42,225 nucleotides of DNA from an uncultured Dehalococcoidales bacterium (GCA_964552485.1 CAZKHH010000003.1:1-42225), one strand, 5' to 3'. Positions 1 to 9,274 are shown, counted from the stretch's first letter. The notes: generated by a model not told the origin, from the sequence alone. A program made the numbers and translations.

Positions 1-871
1 ATACCGCCGTCAACCGCGCCGCCTGCACCAGCGCCTTTCGGTCGACACGCCCCCGGATGAGTGTGACCGGCCCGCCATACTGCGTAATCCGCACGTAGCC
101 GTCTTCCGGCGTGCAGGACTCGACCAGTATACGATTTTCCTTCTGGCGTCGGCCTACGATGAAGTGCGTGTCATCCCGGTAGAAGTGGCGTCCCCGCTTG
201 AGGAGGCCCAGATCCTCAGCGGTCACCCGGCGCACTCGCGCCAGGAGCACTCGTGCCTTTTCCCCGAATTGCCGGTCGGTGAGAGGGCAACCGCCGGCCG
301 GAGCACTGAATCTCTCTAGGCCATAGTACCGGGCCAGATCGAACTGTGTCTTACGGCTTCGGCCGGAGAGTCCCAGCAGCTTCGCCCTGTCCACAATGCC
401 TTCCCGTTCGGGCACCGTCGGCCTGAGGAGCAGCGCGCACAAAGGACGCACGATGAGCCCGTCCAGCCCGGAGCACTTGTCTTCAATACGAAGGGCATCG
501 GGTCGCTGACTCTTCGGTCTCTGTTTCAGAACATCCCCGGTTATCACAAATGATGCATTGTGCTGCTCCATCACACGCCGGGCAACATCCAGCATATATA
601 CGCGACAGTCTATACATGGATTGAATCCTTTACCATAGCCAAAGCGTGGACGGCGCAGAACGTCGATGTAGTCGTCTCCAGCCTCAACAGTCACGAGTGG
701 AACGCCGAGCCACTCCGCGGCAGTGTCAGGCGACTCCGTGGACTTGCGAACGAAGGGAAGATGGATGTTCAGTGCAACGACGTTCACACCCTGATCCTTG
801 ACCATCTTGATCGCAAGGATGGAATCGAGTCCACCCGATAGCAGTCCTACAGCTCTTCGTTCCATGGCCAT
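1..871 (-). CDS. PP-loop ATPase, ThiI/MnmA-like tRNA thiolation family (partial; 3' end runs off the window)
   Basis: Absent from the ORF track because it has no stop inside the window. Hand translation from ATG 871 or 865 gives M(AM)ERRAVGLLSGGLDSILAIKMVKDQGVNVVALNIHLPF..., with the SGGLDS PP-loop and NPCIDCR and GGCPLTD Cys motifs. The frame stays open to base 1. No clear SD; the start could be 871 or 865. Confidence 0.7.
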   Translation of the reverse strand, partial: MAMERRAVGLLSGGLDSILAIKMVKDQGVNVVALNIHLPFVRKSTESPDTAAEWLGVPLVTVEAGDDYIDVLRRPRFGYGKGFNPCIDCRVYMLDVARRVMEQHNASFVITGDVLKQRPKSQRPDALRIEDKCSGLDGLIVRPLCALLLRPTVPEREGIVDRAKLLGLSGRSRKTQFDLARYYGLERFSAPAGGCPLTDRQFGEKARVLLARVRRVTAEDLGLLKRGRHFYRDDTHFIVGRRQKENRILVESCTPEDGYVRITQYGGPVTLIRGRVDRKALVQAARLTAV

Positions 872-933
872 TCGTATATGAACTCGAACACGCCTCAAGT
901 ATAGCGTTCAGACAGGGACAACGCGCACCGGCT

Positions 934-1392
934 TCAACAGCCTGGCGGATCAAACATGTCACGGGACCGTCCGACCATGCCGCCCGCTCCTTCGGCCATC
1001 CGGCTGAGAAGTACTTCGAGCATCCTGCGTTCTTCCTCACTGAAGGATGCAAGCACACCGGCATGCCAGTCCTGCATCGCCTCCCTGGCCCGCGGCACCA
1101 GGTCTCTGCTCCTCGAGGTGAGTGTCAACCGATAGCAGCGACGGTCTTGGGGATTGCGTTCACGGGACACGTAGCCGAGATGAACAAGTCTCTTCACTGC
1201 ATGTGCAACGGTTGTCTTGTCGAGGCCCGTGTGGGCACTCAGGTCCTCCTGGCGAATTCCTTCACGTGTGGATAGAAGCATGATAAACGGAAGCAGCCGT
1301 ATTTCCAGATCAAGCCCGGAAAAACGCTCCCTGAGAAACGCGTGCCGGAACCTGTGAATGACGAAGAACCAGCGATCAAGCTCGTGCTCCAT
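934..1392 (-). CDS. MarR family transcriptional regulator
   Basis: 152 aa with a winged-HTH signature: LSTREGIRQEDLSAHTGLDKTTVAHAVKRLVHLGYVSRERNPQDRRCYRLTLT. It overlaps the upstream MATE gene by 17 nt, so the two form one operon. Confidence 0.9.
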   Translation of the reverse strand: MEHELDRWFFVIHRFRHAFLRERFSGLDLEIRLLPFIMLLSTREGIRQEDLSAHTGLDKTTVAHAVKRLVHLGYVSRERNPQDRRCYRLTLTSRSRDLVPRAREAMQDWHAGVLASFSEEERRMLEVLLSRMAEGAGGMVGRSRDMFDPPGC

Positions 1393-2788
1393 CCATCACC
1401 TCCTCGGTGTACCCGGCGCTTCGGCGGCCGAAATCACGTAGCTGCGGAATAATCATGGCCAACACAAGCAGGAATGAAAGCGCATCGGCTATTGGTATGG
1501 CCAACCACACGCCATCCGTGCCGAGGTATCGGGGCAGGACGAGTACAAGAGGTATGAGGAACAGCACCTGCCTTGACGTCGACGCGATGAAAGTCTTACC
1601 AACCATGCCGAGCGACTGAAAGACAGTGGAGCCCACTATCTGGAAGCCAACCAGGAAGAAGACCATGAATACCCGCCTCGACGCATGTACTCCCTCCTGG
1701 ATGAGGGAAACATCTGTCGTAAAAATGCTCATTATGGGTCGCGGCAGAAAGTACAGGACAATAAACGCAGCAATAGACAGGACCGAGGCAGCGCCCAGTG
1801 CATAGCGGGTCACGGCACGGGCGCGGTCATACCGCTTTGCCCCATAGGCGAATCCGAGGACCGGTTGAAGCCCCTGCGCGATACCCATGAGAGGCATGGC
1901 GACGAACATCATTGAGCGGTTCACGATGCCATACGCGGCTACTGACATGTCGCCCCCGTAAAGAACGAGCGTCCTGTTTATGATGAGGACGATAATGCTG
2001 GCAGCCCCCATCCGGATGAACGAAGGGAAGCCGACGGCGAGGATCTCGCGTACCACTTCGCCACGAAACCGGACAAGCGACCTTCGCAGTCGCAGCGTGC
2101 TGCGACCCGAGAGGAAATACGCCGTGATGTAAAGCGACGTCACGAATTGCGAAATGACGGTCGCGATTGCGGCTCCGCTCACTCCCAGATGCAGGAGGAA
2201 AATGAACACAGGGTCGAGCACCATGTTGAGCACAGCACCCAGTATCATGGTAATCATCGCCTTGCGGGCATTTCCTTCCGCCCTGGCGATATTGTTGAGT
2301 GTCATCGGATACAGAGCGAATACTGCCCCCAGTAATATCACTCGCGCGTACTCAAGTGAATATGGCAGGACCGCCTCTGACGCTCCGAAGAGTCGAACGA
2401 GGCTGCCGCTTGCGCCCACGCCTATCGCGGTCACAATCACACCGAAAAGCACAACGAGCGCGAAGGCAGTCCCGAGCGTCTCTTCAGCGCTGTCAATCCG
2501 TCCCGCGCCGAGCCGCCGCGACACGACGGACGCGGCACCGATTCCCACCATCATCCCGAGCGCCATCAACAGCATCATCACCGGAAACACGATGGTCACG
2601 CCGGCTATGGCCGCTGGCCCGACTCCGCGCCCGATGAAGATGGTGTCGACGACATGGTAAAGCGACATCGTGAGCATGCCGGCCATCGCGGGAAGAGACA
2701 GGCGCCACAACAGCTTCCTGACAGGCTCAGTGGCAAGCCTGTCCTGTCTCGAGGAGACGACCGGAGGTCTCGTGGATGCAAACTCCAT
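1376..2788 (-). CDS. MATE family efflux transporter (NorM/DinF-like)
   Basis: Polytopic membrane protein whose N-terminus KLLWRLSLPAMAGMLTMSLYHVVDTIFIGRGVG is typical of MATE. The track ORF extends to 2845. I set the start at ATG 2788 (MEFAST...) because an operator-like palindrome and a -35/-10 pair lie at 2797-2830, inside the longer version. Confidence 0.85.
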   Translation of the reverse strand: MEFASTRPPVVSSRQDRLATEPVRKLLWRLSLPAMAGMLTMSLYHVVDTIFIGRGVGPAAIAGVTIVFPVMMLLMALGMMVGIGAASVVSRRLGAGRIDSAEETLGTAFALVVLFGVIVTAIGVGASGSLVRLFGASEAVLPYSLEYARVILLGAVFALYPMTLNNIARAEGNARKAMITMILGAVLNMVLDPVFIFLLHLGVSGAAIATVISQFVTSLYITAYFLSGRSTLRLRRSLVRFRGEVVREILAVGFPSFIRMGAASIIVLIINRTLVLYGGDMSVAAYGIVNRSMMFVAMPLMGIAQGLQPVLGFAYGAKRYDRARAVTRYALGAASVLSIAAFIVLYFLPRPIMSIFTTDVSLIQEGVHASRRVFMVFFLVGFQIVGSTVFQSLGMVGKTFIASTSRQVLFLIPLVLVLPRYLGTDGVWLAIPIADALSFLLVLAMIIPQLRDFGRRSAGYTEEVMDGARA

Positions 2789-2796
2789 GGCGCGCC

Positions 2797-2830
2797 AGTC
2801 TAGCAAAGATTTAGTTGGTGATACAACTAA
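2797..2830 (-). promoter_or_regulatory. Putative promoter plus MarR-type operator of the MATE-marR operon
   Basis: Perfect inverted repeat TTAGTTG-GTGATA-CAACTAA at 2811-2830. On the minus strand it overlaps TTGTAT (-35, 2821-2826), N18, TAGACT (-10, 2797-2802). The -10 ends 8 nt before ATG 2788 and there is no SD, so the mRNA may be leaderless. Confidence 0.5.
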
Positions 2831-3189
2831 TAAGCGTTCGCCCATTGCGTGCCTACGCCCCGTCCGTCCATATCAGCATGAAGTGCTGGCGCACGAGGCG
2901 GTGATGATGATTGCGGGGAAAGAGACACACGAAAGCCAGGTCGATGGTGAAGGCCCGAACCGACGCCCGGGCGTATTCCTTACGGCCGGGCTGGTTAGCC
3001 AGTGGGGAGTCCTGCTGAGCCCCGCCGGTGGTGCTGTCCTGATGATATTCCCCGGCACAGTGATAATAGCCTTCAACGCCCGTTCTTTGAGGCTTCCGGA
3101 CCGACCGCCAGCTACGGATTTGACAACTGCCAAGAATCGACTGTAGATTCGGTGCATACTCGGGGGTTCTTCGGAGCACAGGACAGCAC

Positions 3190-4533
3190 ATGACACAAGA
3201 GATCAGGGCAATCGGAAGAGCTTCTGCGAGTGTCCTGCTCGCTGGCATCGCACTTCTGGCTCTTCTGCCGGGCATCGTTGAAGGTCGCAGTATCTGCCGT
3301 GGAGGAGGGTGCTCGACAGATGGAGGCGACACAGAAACCAAGGTTGAAGTCCGCATTTCCATCACGATAGAGCCCGCTGATGCCGGCACCGTGATGGTAG
3401 ATGGTGAAGAACTCGAAGAGAGTTCGTTTCTAATCACGCAGGGCGAACCAGTAACGCTCGAGGCAGACCCCGAGCGAGGCTACATATTCACCGGATGGTC
3501 CGGTTCTATCACCAGCACCAGCAACCCTCTCGATACGCCTTTCTACAACCACAAGTCGATAACGGCCAGTTTCGCGCTGGAAGAAGACCTGGAAACGACA
3601 GAGCCTCCAGCGCTGCAGATCGATATCCCGGGCGCTACAACAGCACTGTACCCGGACGGAAAAGCGGTTGCCTCGATTTCCGTCGATACGCGCCGACCGC
3701 ACGACACGCCTGACGGCAAGGCTATCGTTGGAGAGGTGTACGACCTGGGACCGGATGGAGCGACGTTCGACCCTGCTCTTCCTCTGTCTCTGCCGTATGA
3801 CAACGACGAGTTGCCCGAAGGCGTTGACGAATCCGACCTCGTGATGGCGTGGTTCGATGAAGAGGCACAAGAATGGGTCGAGCTCGATTCAACGGTCGAT
3901 GAGACCGACCGGGTAGTGACGGCGCTGGCAGACCACTTCACGGATTTCTGCGTCCTCGCAGCCATTCCGGAGACTACTGCACCAACCGTTGCGGCCGCAA
4001 CCACGCCGTCGTCCGGTAACACGCCCGGACTGAGTCTGAGCGGCCTGAGCATATCGCCGGTCGAGCCCCGGCTCGGGGAGCAGGTAACCGTAAGCGTGGT
4101 TGCCAGCTACAGTGGCGACAGCACGGAAGGCCACACCACGGTCACCCTCACGGTCGATGGAGCGGCTATTGAGAGCAAGGACGTCTCGGTCCCGGCCGGC
4201 ACGACGGAGAGCGTCGCCTTCACGTACGTTCCGTCAACGGACTCTGTTCACACCATCAGCGTGAACGGCCTGCAGGGGACAATGGAAGTCGCTCCTTCAG
4301 CGGCTCCGTCAGCACTTGCCGAGGCAGTTGCGCTCGCGGAGGAGGATTCATTCGCACTGCCGTCCGTGAGCCTGCCGGATGCGCCGGCTGTTCCGGGATT
4401 GCCGGGCGCAGGCGGACTCAACCTGGAAGCGCACTGGTGGTGGATACTCCTCGCCGCACTCCTACTGCTGACTCTCGTCGTCGCTCTGCCACTCGTACGA
4501 CGGTGTATCATCCGCTACCGCTACGATATCTAA
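3190..4533 (+). CDS. Secreted, C-terminally membrane-anchored protein with InlB-B-repeat-like and CARDB-like domains
   Basis: Signal peptide ASASVLLAGIALLALLPGIVEG. TIEPADAGTVMVDGEEL...GYIFTGWSG resembles the divergent InlB B-repeat. LSISPVEPRLGEQVTVSVVASYSGDSTEGHTTVTLTVDG resembles CARDB. C-terminal TM WWWILLAALLLLTLVVALPLV is followed by a basic tail. Confidence 0.75.
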   Translation: MTQEIRAIGRASASVLLAGIALLALLPGIVEGRSICRGGGCSTDGGDTETKVEVRISITIEPADAGTVMVDGEELEESSFLITQGEPVTLEADPERGYIFTGWSGSITSTSNPLDTPFYNHKSITASFALEEDLETTEPPALQIDIPGATTALYPDGKAVASISVDTRRPHDTPDGKAIVGEVYDLGPDGATFDPALPLSLPYDNDELPEGVDESDLVMAWFDEEAQEWVELDSTVDETDRVVTALADHFTDFCVLAAIPETTAPTVAAATTPSSGNTPGLSLSGLSISPVEPRLGEQVTVSVVASYSGDSTEGHTTVTLTVDGAAIESKDVSVPAGTTESVAFTYVPSTDSVHTISVNGLQGTMEVAPSAAPSALAEAVALAEEDSFALPSVSLPDAPAVPGLPGAGGLNLEAHWWWILLAALLLLTLVVALPLVRRCIIRYRYDI

Positions 4534-4543
4534 GAGCAGGCTT

Positions 4544-5782
4544 CTATTGCCCGACGAGGTGCATCGAGTCGTCCCATTTCCTGCGACGCGTTTCATCCCT
4601 TACCGACAGCACAAGGGGAAGGTCCGCGCCACACGCGGCACAGATAGCCTCGAACACGCTGTCCTCATCAGGAGGACATCCTCCAACTCCCGGTGCGCCT
4701 TCCGCCAGGTCAACGGAACACTCGCCGATGAACGCCATCTTTCCCGTCCGCTCGAACTCCTCCTCCGGCCCACCAACAACGAGGGTCAGACCCTTCAAGC
4801 GCTCACCGTATCCTGCATCACGAATGTGATTCAGAGCACTCACCAGTTCGGCCACACAACCACCACAGAATGACGGCCCGTAGACGACGTTCACATCGGG
4901 AAACCCTTCCATGAACAGGTCGAACGACTGCTTGAACTGCTCTGCATGGTCGGACACAGATTCCCCGACAACCTCGATATCCTGCAGGCCGGTAATCAAC
5001 CCGTCGCGCTTCATGATTTCCCTGAGATAGAACACAGAATCAGGATCGATACCCATGAGAGCGCAGCCAACCACATCCACCGCCACGGCATCACCACTGG
5101 CGAGTATGAGACCCATCACGCGCGAGTCTTCAGGCACTCTCCAGAATCCTTCGGCCGCGACAGTAGCATCGACTATCGAGTAGGTCGGGCGCAGCACCGA
5201 CAACAGGTCCACAAGCGCGGCATTGATGCCCAGCATATGCCCCGCCCGCTTCTCGGTACCCGGCACACAGCCCCAGAGATTCTTGAGCGAAATGGTGACA
5301 TTGCATCGTGGATGCGTCTTGAGCACCGGCACGCTGATGAGCACGTCTGCATCCAGTATAGAACGTGCGATGAGGATGCGGTCCATCGCAAGCGGGGCCG
5401 GCACTTCAACGGGTACCGCCTCATCTCTGTTGAGATACACACACGGGACTCCGAGGCGCTGTGCCACGGCCTCGGTCCCGCTCAGGCGGTATACCTCCTC
5501 CGTGCTGAGACACGAATCGTCGTAGCCCACCGCAGTGCCTTCAGCTATCGTCACCGCTGCCGGATTGAGATCGAGGACAGCCTTCGTTACGGCCTCGGTC
5601 ACACGGGCATCCGTAACAGCGCCGCTTGCCGATGGTGCAAGCCGCGCGAGGTTTGGCTTTACCACCACACGGGAATCCGGCTTTATAAGGTCTGCAAGCC
5701 CTCCGGCCAGGTCGATAGCCTGCCGTATGGCCGCGTCGAAATCGCACTCCCGGAGCTTCGTTATCGCAACCCTGCTGCTCAT
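4544..5782 (-). CDS. DUF362 domain protein with Cys-rich C-terminal module (paralog A)
   Basis: RVVVKPNL...TDARVTEAVTKAVLD...VPVLKTHPRCNVTISLKNLWG is a typical DUF362 core. The C-terminus carries CGGC, GEC, GGCPP and CAAC motifs. ATG 5782 is preceded by GAGGAG. Aligns end to end with 6838-8073. Confidence 0.8.
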   Translation of the reverse strand: MSSRVAITKLRECDFDAAIRQAIDLAGGLADLIKPDSRVVVKPNLARLAPSASGAVTDARVTEAVTKAVLDLNPAAVTIAEGTAVGYDDSCLSTEEVYRLSGTEAVAQRLGVPCVYLNRDEAVPVEVPAPLAMDRILIARSILDADVLISVPVLKTHPRCNVTISLKNLWGCVPGTEKRAGHMLGINAALVDLLSVLRPTYSIVDATVAAEGFWRVPEDSRVMGLILASGDAVAVDVVGCALMGIDPDSVFYLREIMKRDGLITGLQDIEVVGESVSDHAEQFKQSFDLFMEGFPDVNVVYGPSFCGGCVAELVSALNHIRDAGYGERLKGLTLVVGGPEEEFERTGKMAFIGECSVDLAEGAPGVGGCPPDEDSVFEAICAACGADLPLVLSVRDETRRRKWDDSMHLVGQ

Positions 5783-5814
5783 ATAAACCACTCTCCTCTT
5801 TGCCCTGGTGCCGA

Positions 5815-6228
5815 CTACTCGCCCATGACCTTGACGATTACGCGCTTCCGGCGGCGTCCGTCGAATTCAGCGTAGTAGATCTGTTGCCACGGGCCGAAAT
5901 CCAGTTTTCCCTTGGTCACAGGAACAATCACTTCATGATGTATGAGAAGGCTCTTCAGATGGGCGTCACCGTTGGTTTCACCGGTGCCATGGTGTCTGTA
6001 GTCCGGGCGGAAGGGGGCCAGTTCCTCGACCCATTGATCGATGTCCTGGATGAGGCCAGATTCCGCATCATTCACGTAGACGCCCGCCGTGATGTGCATC
6101 GCGGACACAAGCACAAACCCCTCCTCGATGCCGCTCTTCTGGAGGATGCGCTCTACATCGCCCGTGATATTGACGTACGCGCGCTGGGTCTCAGTGTTGA
6201 ACCAGAGGTATTCGGTTGCCGATTTCAT
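5815..6228 (-). CDS. YjbQ/UPF0047 family protein (secondary thiamine-phosphate synthase-like)
   Basis: From ATG 6228 with GGAGG 8 nt upstream: [26 protein letters not shown]...[15 protein letters not shown]...[39 protein letters not shown]. This is the UPF0047 signature. Confidence 0.85.
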   Translation of the reverse strand: MKSATEYLWFNTETQRAYVNITGDVERILQKSGIEEGFVLVSAMHITAGVYVNDAESGLIQDIDQWVEELAPFRPDYRHHGTGETNGDAHLKSLLIHHEVIVPVTKGKLDFGPWQQIYYAEFDGRRRKRVIVKVMGE

Positions 6229-6261
6229 GAATCTCGCCTCCGCTGAGACAGGTCCGAGACA

Positions 6262-6290
6262 ATGATACCTGCCTGTCCTTATAGTGTCGA
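6262..6290 (-). promoter_or_regulatory. Putative sigma70-like promoter for yjbQ-DUF362A
   Basis: Minus strand TCGACA (6290-6285), N17, TATCAT (6267-6262), about 35 nt upstream of the yjbQ start. Confidence 0.4.
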
Positions 6291-6366
6291 TACACCGGCA
6301 TCCACTCGTGTGAAGCCGACGGCACATGCTAGCATACAGGCCAGGGATGACTACGGAGCACCATAG

Positions 6367-6828
6367 ATGACAAGGATAGTTGCGCTCTCCGATTCGCACA
6401 CGGCCGGTCTCAGCAGCCTGTCACCCGCGCTGAGGGACTCACTGGAAGCAGCGGACCTGATAGTTCACGCGGGCGACCAGGTGGAATCAACGTTCTTTGA
6501 AGAACTGAAAGCGCTTGGAGACGTGGTTGCGGTTGCCGGCAACATGGATTCGACGGCTCTGAAGGTGGCGTTGCCGGCCCGCCAGCTGTTCGCAGTCGAA
6601 GGCAGAACAATCGGCGTGGCGCATGGCTCGGGCGCACCAGCCGGAATACAGCAGCGGGTGAGAGCGCTCTTTCCGGAGAACCCGGAGGTCATCGTCTACG
6701 GGCACTCGCACGTGGCATATGTGGGCACCGTGAGCGGCAGCCTCATGGTAAACCCCGGTCCGGCCGCCTCGAGCTATGCCGCGGTGACCATCGGAGACGA
6801 CGTGACGGCGGACATCGTGCACCTGTAG
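6367..6828 (+). CDS. YfcE/MJ0936 family metallophosphoesterase
   Basis: 153 aa carrying the motifs LSDSH, HAGD, GNMD and GHSH in the canonical order. Confidence 0.85.
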   Translation: MTRIVALSDSHTAGLSSLSPALRDSLEAADLIVHAGDQVESTFFEELKALGDVVAVAGNMDSTALKVALPARQLFAVEGRTIGVAHGSGAPAGIQQRVRALFPENPEVIVYGHSHVAYVGTVSGSLMVNPGPAASSYAAVTIGDDVTADIVHL

Positions 6829-6837
6829 CGGTCGCGC

Positions 6838-8073
6838 TCAGGATTCCAGCTTCGCCTTTGTTTCGCCCCACATCCGTTCCCGGGAGCGGTCGCGCGTCTC
6901 AAGCACCCTCTCCGCATCAGCTCCACACGCCTCACACAACGTCCTGATGACCGATTCCTCGGTCGGCGGACACCCGGGGGCATGCTTGCCAAGGCCGGCA
7001 TGCATCCTTGCGCACTTGCCGAGGAGTGCAAGTTTCTCCGAAGGTGGCACGGACTCCACTTCACCGATAACGATAGTGAGGTCGCCCATCTCGGGAGAGT
7101 AGCCGGCTTCGTCAAGGTATCTCAGTGCAGTGACCAACTCGGTCGTGCACCCGGTGCAGGCCGACTCTCCACGCACGATGTTGACCTGGGGAAACCGCTC
7201 GGCGAATACCTGGAATCCCGTCTTGAAGCGCCTCTGGTGGCTGGCGATGTCCTCACCGACCAGTTCAATGCCCTGCAGGTTCGGCGGAACACCTTCCCGC
7301 TCAGCCTGGTGGCGCAGATGCAGCACCTCGTTGGGGTCGACGCCCATCAGGGTCGCACCCGCAAGGTCGACCGACAGCGGATGTCGGCCGGCGCCTATCA
7401 GGCCAACCTCCACACAGTCGTCGGGATAGTTCCACAGCCCCTGCATACCAGTCGTGGCGTCGAGCACTACGTAATGAGGGCCCACGATGGAGTTGAGATC
7501 GACAATAGCCTGGTCAAGCCCCAGGCGGTGCGTCTTACGCTTCTCGACGCCGGGTATCACACCCTTCATATTCTTCAGGCTCAACGTCACATCCGTACGG
7601 ATGTGCGTCTTCAGTACCGGCACACTGATAATGACATCGCTCTCCATCACGGTCCGGCAGACCTTCACACGGTCCATGATGAGCGCATCGGGAATCTCGA
7701 CTTCGTCGAACTCGTCTGCATTCAGGTTGCGCAGCTCCACGCCCAGCCGCGCGGCTACTTCCTTCGTGCCTGACAATTCGAAGGCCTCTTCAGTGCTGTG
7801 ACTGACTCCGTCGTACCCGGCGCCGCAGCCGTCGGCGATGACGACCCGGGCCGGACCTCGTTCGAGAACGAACCGCGTAACGGCCTCTGTCACACGTGCA
7901 TCGGTTACCGAGCCCGTGCCGGAGCGTTGGGGGCTCCACAGGTTGGGCTTGACAAGCACGCGTGAGGAAGGGGTTATGAGTTCTTCCAGTCCTCCCGCCA
8001 GACCGACAGCGCGACGGACCGCCGCATCTATATCGTTCCCCTCAACACGTACGAACGCGACCTTTCGTTCCAC
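6838..8073 (-). CDS. DUF362 domain protein with Cys-rich C-terminal module (paralog B)
   Basis: Collinear with paralog A: VKPNL, TDARVTEAVT, VPVLKTHIRTDVTLSLKNMKG, then C-terminal CTGC, GKC, GCPP and CEAC. GTG 8073 is preceded by AAGGAGGG and gives the same N-terminal length as paralog A. The promoter at 8121-8149 excludes the longer ORF that starts at 8139. Confidence 0.8.
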   Translation of the reverse strand: MERKVAFVRVEGNDIDAAVRRAVGLAGGLEELITPSSRVLVKPNLWSPQRSGTGSVTDARVTEAVTRFVLERGPARVVIADGCGAGYDGVSHSTEEAFELSGTKEVAARLGVELRNLNADEFDEVEIPDALIMDRVKVCRTVMESDVIISVPVLKTHIRTDVTLSLKNMKGVIPGVEKRKTHRLGLDQAIVDLNSIVGPHYVVLDATTGMQGLWNYPDDCVEVGLIGAGRHPLSVDLAGATLMGVDPNEVLHLRHQAEREGVPPNLQGIELVGEDIASHQRRFKTGFQVFAERFPQVNIVRGESACTGCTTELVTALRYLDEAGYSPEMGDLTIVIGEVESVPPSEKLALLGKCARMHAGLGKHAPGCPPTEESVIRTLCEACGADAERVLETRDRSRERMWGETKAKLES

Positions 8074-8120
8074 AGCACCCTCCTTCAGGGGGATTCGCCC
8101 TTGTTCAGATGTAGTCTTCG

Positions 8121-8149
8121 AGTGTAGCGACGGCAGCACAGCGTGTCAA
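8121..8149 (-). promoter_or_regulatory. Putative sigma70-like promoter for DUF362 paralog B
   Basis: Minus strand TTGACA (8149-8144), N17, TACACT (8126-8121). Confidence 0.5.
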
Positions 8150-8203
8150 AGAAGAGGCGTCATGCGCGGGTTGTGCCGCAATCGCGCCGGGAGTGTCCAG
8201 TTC

Positions 8204-9067
8204 CTAGAGGGTGATGCAGGTGCCCGCGTTGTTGAACACGAACGAGTCGCCGAACTCCCTCTCAAGCGCGCACGCGGCATGCAGACCGGTGCAGTGCGAT
8301 GCGGCCACTACCCGTACATCGAGGCGCTTGAGCTCCCTAATGGTCTGTGCAATGCGCCCGTCTGATGCCGGCTTAAGATGTGTTCCGCCTATAACGGCGT
8401 GCACCCGATCGAGCCCTGTCAGTTCCTGTCCGCGCCACAGGTGATTGATCAGGCCCCTGTGTGCACAGCCAAGGATGGCCACGAGGCCTTTATCGGTCTT
8501 GATAAATATGGACTGGTCATCCGGCAGAGGGTCCGGCTTGTATTCCCCGTCTTCGAGCACCATCAGCATAGGGTCGATTGTCTCGAAGTCATTCCGCATC
8601 GGCACCTCGCCGCTGGTCACGATGTTGTCGCTCAACCAGACCGGCTCAGCATTCATGACGAAGCGGGCGCCGTGCTTCTCCGCCTCTTCACGTGCGAACG
8701 GGATACCGATGTAATCGTACTCGCTGTCGGTCACGTACTCGCACACATTATGCCCGCCAGGATGATAGGCGTATTTCTTGTCCCACATGCGCGGGTGGCC
8801 GAGGACCTGGACGGGTTTGCGGATAAGTCCGAGGATATCGATAAGGCCGCCGGTATGGTCGAAGTGGCCATGGCTTATCACAACCGCCTCGACTTCAGTC
8901 AGAGAGACGCCGAGGGCCTGCGCGTTGCGCGCCGCAGCGGACGTAGTGCCCGTGTCGGAGAGGTAGACGCCCTCGTCCGTCTCAACAAGCATGCTGAGGC
9001 CCCACTCGCCCAGCACATTGACCCAGCCGGCGGTGTTCTCCACCAGGGTGTTGATCCGGATAGTCAT
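8204..9067 (-). CDS. MBL-fold metallo-hydrolase (COG1237-like)
   Basis: MTIRINTLVENTAG...VVISHGHFDHTGGL contains the HxHxDH motif. ATG 9067 has AGGAGG 7 nt upstream. Confidence 0.8.
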   Translation of the reverse strand: MTIRINTLVENTAGWVNVLGEWGLSMLVETDEGVYLSDTGTTSAAARNAQALGVSLTEVEAVVISHGHFDHTGGLIDILGLIRKPVQVLGHPRMWDKKYAYHPGGHNVCEYVTDSEYDYIGIPFAREEAEKHGARFVMNAEPVWLSDNIVTSGEVPMRNDFETIDPMLMVLEDGEYKPDPLPDDQSIFIKTDKGLVAILGCAHRGLINHLWRGQELTGLDRVHAVIGGTHLKPASDGRIAQTIRELKRLDVRVVAASHCTGLHAACALEREFGDSFVFNNAGTCITL

Positions 9068-9133
9068 TGCATTGCCTCCTGTCGCTGGCGCCCCGGCGCG
9101 CGTCTGCATTACACGCGACCGGGACTGGAGGCA

Positions 9134-9162
9134 AGCATAGGAGACAGCCGAATCGAAGTCAA
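9134..9162 (-). promoter_or_regulatory. Putative sigma70-like promoter for the MBL gene
   Basis: Minus strand TTGACT (9162-9157), N17, TATGCT (9139-9134). Confidence 0.4.
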
Positions 9163-9274
9163 TGGCATATTGATAATCGTGTAGACGATCCGGGCGTCAA
9201 CATGGAAAGAGTGCAAAGGATGCGTAGTATACTGATTGAGCGGCAGCGACTACACCCGCGGCGGGAGATAGCAG

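Noticed and set aside
2853-3437. 194-aa minus-strand ORF, with overlapping ORFs at 2670-3146 and 2873-3196, in the long intergenic region
   Set aside because: It overlaps the N-terminus of the well-supported secreted protein gene. It has no SD, an odd composition and no motif. I keep it only as a possible gene remnant (see the finding at 2789-3189).
6243-6300. CTGAGA ... ACCTG elements near yjbQ, checked as a possible TPP riboswitch because YjbQ is thiamine-related
   Set aside because: The elements are on the plus strand, the wrong strand for yjbQ. The conserved ACCTGATCTGGATAATACCAGCG core is absent. The region is better explained by a TCGACA-N17-TATCAT promoter.
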